A stretch of DNA of 64,000 nucleotides from Dictyostelium discoideum (lineage: Eukaryota), in the NCBI GenBank assembly GCA_000004695.1, contig CM000152.2, positions 2,848,001 through 2,912,000 on the forward strand, written 5' to 3'. Every line of letters begins with the position of its first letter. The first letter of the stretch is position 1. This document shows, in pieces, positions 60,403 to 64,000 of the stretch. Both the position numbers and the translations under genes were made by a program. The notes under the pieces are model-generated. The model was not told the origin of the DNA. It saw only the letters and a program-made list of their open reading frames with translations, and ran no database searches.

Positions 60403-61200
60403 TTAAAGGACAAGAGCTAAAGCAGCAGATGCAGCTAAAAGCAAAACATTGACAACAAGGGTTGATGAGGTATTACCAGAGGCAGTGGCATCAGTCTTTG
60501 GTTTAGCTTTGTCACCAGCTTTTGCTTCTGGATCAGCACTATCAAGGGATTCATCTTGAGTAGTTTTTGGTTTGGCATCAGTTTTTGGTGAACCAGCTTT
60601 GGTTTTAGTTTCATCAGTCTTTGGTTTGGCATCATTGGTATTTGATGATGGTTTGGCTTTATTGGAAGCATTGTTTTCTTTGTTATCACTAACATTTGAT
60701 GATGGTTTAGCTTTATTGTTAGCGGTATTTGAATCTTTGGTGGCTGCTGAATTTGGTTTAGCATTTTCATTGTTTTGAGCATCATTTGTATTTTGGAGAT
60801 CCTCATGTTCATGTTGTTCCATATCTTTAGTTGCTGCCATTTTGTTGGCATGATCTTTAGCATCCTTTTCAAACCATTTTTGTTGATCTTGTTGTTGTTT
60901 TTGACTTACTATAACCTTATTGACATAGATATTAGCTGAATCGGTAACAATGAATTCACCAGCTTCATTAAATTGTTGCTTGGCAGAATCTTTTGGAGAA
61001 AGGTTTGCAAATGATTGAGATTCTCCTTGAATGGTTAAAACATGTTTATTATTATCTCTTACATGGAAATTAATTCTATCACCTTGTTCAATATTTAATT
61101 CAAAACTTTCACCTTTTGATAATGAAACAATATGATCTCTTGCAAATACTCCATTATGTGCTGCATAAATAACTAAAAGAAATGCTGCTAATAATCTCAT
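60403..61200 (-). CDS. secreted, probably GPI-anchored repeat protein (265 aa)
   Basis: N-terminal signal peptide MRLLAAFLLVIYAAHNGVFA. An internal NKAKPSSN / DAKPKT repeat region. C-terminal Ser/small-residue omega-like site followed by a hydrophobic tail LVVNVLLLAASAALALVL. Confidence 0.6.
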   Translation of the reverse strand: MRLLAAFLLVIYAAHNGVFARDHIVSLSKGESFELNIEQGDRINFHVRDNNKHVLTIQGESQSFANLSPKDSAKQQFNEAGEFIVTDSANIYVNKVIVSQKQQQDQQKWFEKDAKDHANKMAATKDMEQHEHEDLQNTNDAQNNENAKPNSAATKDSNTANNKAKPSSNVSDNKENNASNKAKPSSNTNDAKPKTDETKTKAGSPKTDAKPKTTQDESLDSADPEAKAGDKAKPKTDATASGNTSSTLVVNVLLLAASAALALVL

Positions 61201-61240
61201 TTTTTTTCTTTTTTTATTGTAATAAATTAATTATTATTTA

Positions 61241-61273
<33 letters not shown>

Positions 61274-61606
61274 GTTAAAAACCTTTAAATAATAAATTAA
61301 TTAATATTTTTATTTATAATCAATTTTTTATTTATATTTTTATTATTTTGTTTATTTTTTTTTTTTTTTTGGTAAGACTTACTTTCAAATTTAATTTTTA
61401 GATAAATAATAAATTGTTTTTATGTATAATAATTATCAATGAGAAAAAAAAAAAATAATGTAAAAAAAAATAAATGAAAAGAAAAAAACAATTAAAAATA
61501 TAATTAAAAAATATTTACCAAATAATTAATTATTTTTGATTTTTTTTTTTTTTTTTTTAATTTTACAACATTTAATAATTGTATTTGTTTAACAATTTAT
61601 TTATTA

Positions 61607-61640
<34 letters not shown>

Positions 61641-62122
61641 GTTTTCTATCATATGAATTTCAATGGAAAAAAATAGTACTTGTGGGTGAATGTGTGTAAT
61701 AATTTTGAAAGTGTGTTTAATAATATCTGTTTTCAAGAATTATCTTATTCTACAATTTTTTTTTTTTCTTCAAATTTTGTATTCCAATGAAATAAATATA
61801 AAAATGAAACAATTAATAAATAATAAACCCATTTTCAAGAATACAAATTAACCACTTTTTTTTTTTTTTTTTTTTGCTCGCACTATTAGTTATTAACTCA
61901 AACCCCCACTTCACTCCCACTCCCCCTCCCACTACTTTTCAAACATTTTACAACTCATTGAATGAAAATTGTTTTTTTTTTTTTTCTTTTTTTTCCAAAC
62001 TCAAAAAAAAAAAAAAAATAATAATTATTAATATTAATAGTGCTCAAAAGAAAAAAATTATATTTAAATAAATAAAAAAAAAATAAAAATAAAAAGAATA
62101 AAATGATTTTTCTTTTTTTTCA

Positions 62123-62220
62123 GAGTGTAGTATCTACATGTTTAAATATTAATAATATATAAAAATATAATTATATATGCATATATATTATTAATATTTT
62201 TACATGAAAAAACTACACTC
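62123..62220. repeat. large imperfect palindrome (inverted repeat arms of ~40 nt around an ~25-nt AT spacer)
   Basis: Left arm GAGTGTAGTATCTACATGTTTAAATATTAATAATATATA. The reverse complement of the right arm is GAGTGTAGTTTTTCATGTAAAAATATTAATAATATATA. The terminal 9-mer GAGTGTAGT/ACTACACTC is perfect. Confidence 0.6.
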
Positions 62221-63009
62221 CCAGGAAAAATGAGAAATCATCTATAATCTTGGTTATTTTTATTTATTTTTTTTATTTTTTTTATTTTTTTTTTTTTTGG
62301 TGCCAACCAATTTTTTATTTTAAACATTTTATTGGTTTCGGTAAGTGGAAAAAAAAAAATTTTAAAAAATAAAAAAATCTTCTTTTAAGAGATTTTCCCA
62401 GCATATATATTAGGTTAACAATTGTATAATTGAATAAATAAATGTGTCAATTCATGGAATCCATTATTTTTGATCTATTAGGAGTTTTAAATCTTTGAAT
62501 AACTTAAAAATAAAATGTGAGATTTAATTTTTTTTTTTTTTTTTTTTTTTTAACGTTTGATTGATTAAACAAAAAATAGGTATCACTATGTCTTTTTTGT
62601 TTTTTTTTATTTTTTATTATTTTTTTTTTTTTTTTTTTGTGAAGAGTAAAATCACTTTAATTTCAGATTTGGGTGGAAAAAAAAAAATGTTATTATTTAT
62701 ACAAAAAATAAAAAAAATAATGTTATATAGAAGGTGAAAATAATAATGATAAAAAAAAAAAAAAAAAAAAAACACAACTTCTAAAATAGCAAAACCACCA
62801 CTCTATATCAATTGAAACAATTTTGATTTGTTTATAATAATGATTATTTTTATTTTTTTTTTTTTTTATTTTTTTTTTATTTTTATTTTTTTATTTTTTT
62901 TTTTTTTTCAAAAAAAAAAAAAAAAAAAAAATTAATTGGCTAAAACTGATTCACTATTGTGGTTTTTTTTTTTTTAAAAGAAATAAATTAATTTTATTTT
63001 ATTTTTTGT

Positions 63010-63043
<34 letters not shown>

Positions 63044-63296
63044 TTTTTCATTTTCTCTTTTAACGTTCTACATTTTATTATTTATTATTTATTATTTATT
63101 ATTATTTTTTCATATTATTTATATTATATTTTCTTTGAAAAAAAAAAAAAAATAGAAAAAAAAAATAGTGTCCCAATCCCAATTGAAAAAAAAAAAAAAT
63201 TCCAACAATTTTTCAGATTTTTTTTTAGTTCGCCTATATAAAACGTTTTATAAATAAATACACTTTATTCGAAGTAATTAAAAAAATAAAAAAAAA

Positions 63297-63324
63297 ATGG
63301 ATACCACTGTTGGTGAAGACCATG
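63297..63324 (+). CDS. partial Ser-rich protein gene, exon 1 (MDTTVGEDH)
   Basis: ATG followed by a GTAAGT donor at 63325. Confidence 0.4.
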
Positions 63325-63494
63325 GTAAGTTTTTTTCTAATCACTTTTTTTTTTATTTTTTATTTTTTTTTTTATTTTTATTTCGTCTGGATTGGATCTT
63401 TTATTTTGACCCCTTTTTTTTTTTTTTTAACTTTTAAAATTTTTTTATTTTTTTTATTTTCTATTTTTTTTTATTTTTTATTTTTTGAAAACAG

Positions 63495-63542
63495 ATAAAA
63501 GAAAGACAGCACCACCAGGGGCAGTAAATAATCCAACAACAA

Positions 63543-63612
<70 letters not shown>

Positions 63613-64000
63613 GTCATCGTCATCGTCATCGTCATCATCATCACAATCACCAACAACATCAACAACAAAAATACCAAATAGAGTATCAATGATTGCAAAA
63701 TCCTCAACTGCATCATCATCTGATAGCTCTTTAAATAATACAGCAACAACAACAAAACCAACTCAATTTGGAAGATCAGCATCAATGATAGTTCCTAAAA
63801 ATCAAATTGAGCAGCAACAACAACCACAACAACAACAACAATCGCAACAACAATCATCATCACCAGATGTTTCAACAGAAAAGAAAATCCCACCAAAAGT
63901 AACACCAAGATCATCTTTATCAATTAATAAAGTACCAACTACAACCTCAACAACTTCAACTTCAACTTCAACAACAACAACAACAACAGCACCCCAACCA
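63495..64000 (+). CDS. partial Ser-rich protein gene, exon 2 (continues past the window end)
   Basis: AAACAG acceptor. DKRKTAPPGAVNNPTTT(S)n.. is open to the window end. A (TCA)n run encodes about 35 Ser. Confidence 0.5.

Noticed and set aside
60435-60872. 145-aa minus-strand ORF overlapping the GPI-like protein gene in another frame, and + ORF 60572..60778
   Set aside because: It is an alternative frame of a repeat-rich coding region. The frame with the signal peptide and hydrophobic C-terminus is clearly the real one.
63471-63785. Minus-strand ORF with poly-Met
   Set aside because: It is antisense to the (TCA)n poly-Ser tract of the partial gene at the window end.

Overview
The window reads as Dictyostelium-type (social amoeba) nuclear DNA, not prokaryotic. 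It is about 78% A+T with long homopolymer and trinucleotide tracts, short AT-rich introns with GTAAGT/GTATGT donors and (A/T)nAG acceptors, and poly-N/poly-Q coding tracts. CRISPR, rRNA and operon logic do not apply. The ORF track also calls TTG/GTG starts, so several true genes begin upstream of the listed ORF start.

Content in order:
- 1-15.1 kb: a head-to-tail array of four paralogous genes (the first is cut by the window edge). They encode large type I membrane glycoproteins with a signal peptide, an LRR-like N-terminal half, tandem EGF-like modules, an IPT/TIG-like domain and a C-terminal transmembrane helix. Their 3' ~1.3 kb are almost identical while their 5' halves diverge. Exon structure differs between copies (five versus three exons).
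- 16.3-19.6 kb (minus): a C2-domain plus RING-IBR-RING (RBR) E3-ligase-like gene.
- 22.2-30.5 kb: a retroelement cluster around one tRNA-Arg(ACG) gene. Downstream of the tRNA lies a full-length non-LTR element with intact ORF1 and ORF2 (APE endonuclease, reverse transcriptase with FADD motif) and a poly(A) tail. Upstream lies a 5'-truncated element of a different family. An older internally deleted fragment is also present. This is the arrangement expected for tRNA-targeted TRE3-like and TRE5-like retroelements.
- 31-64 kb, ordinary genes: a small multi-pass membrane protein gene, a large N/Q-rich gene, a PP2C/PPM phosphatase gene, a PFA-DSP (Siw14-like) phosphatase homologue with a degenerate catalytic loop, a FNIP-repeat gene, a bloc1s1 orthologue, an ada2 orthologue (ZZ-SANT-SWIRM), an exocyst Sec5-like gene, a mitochondrial carrier gene, a secreted/GPI-like repeat protein gene and a partial Ser-rich gene.

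Coordinates of small exons were inferred by hand from splice consensus and paralogue alignment and are approximate.
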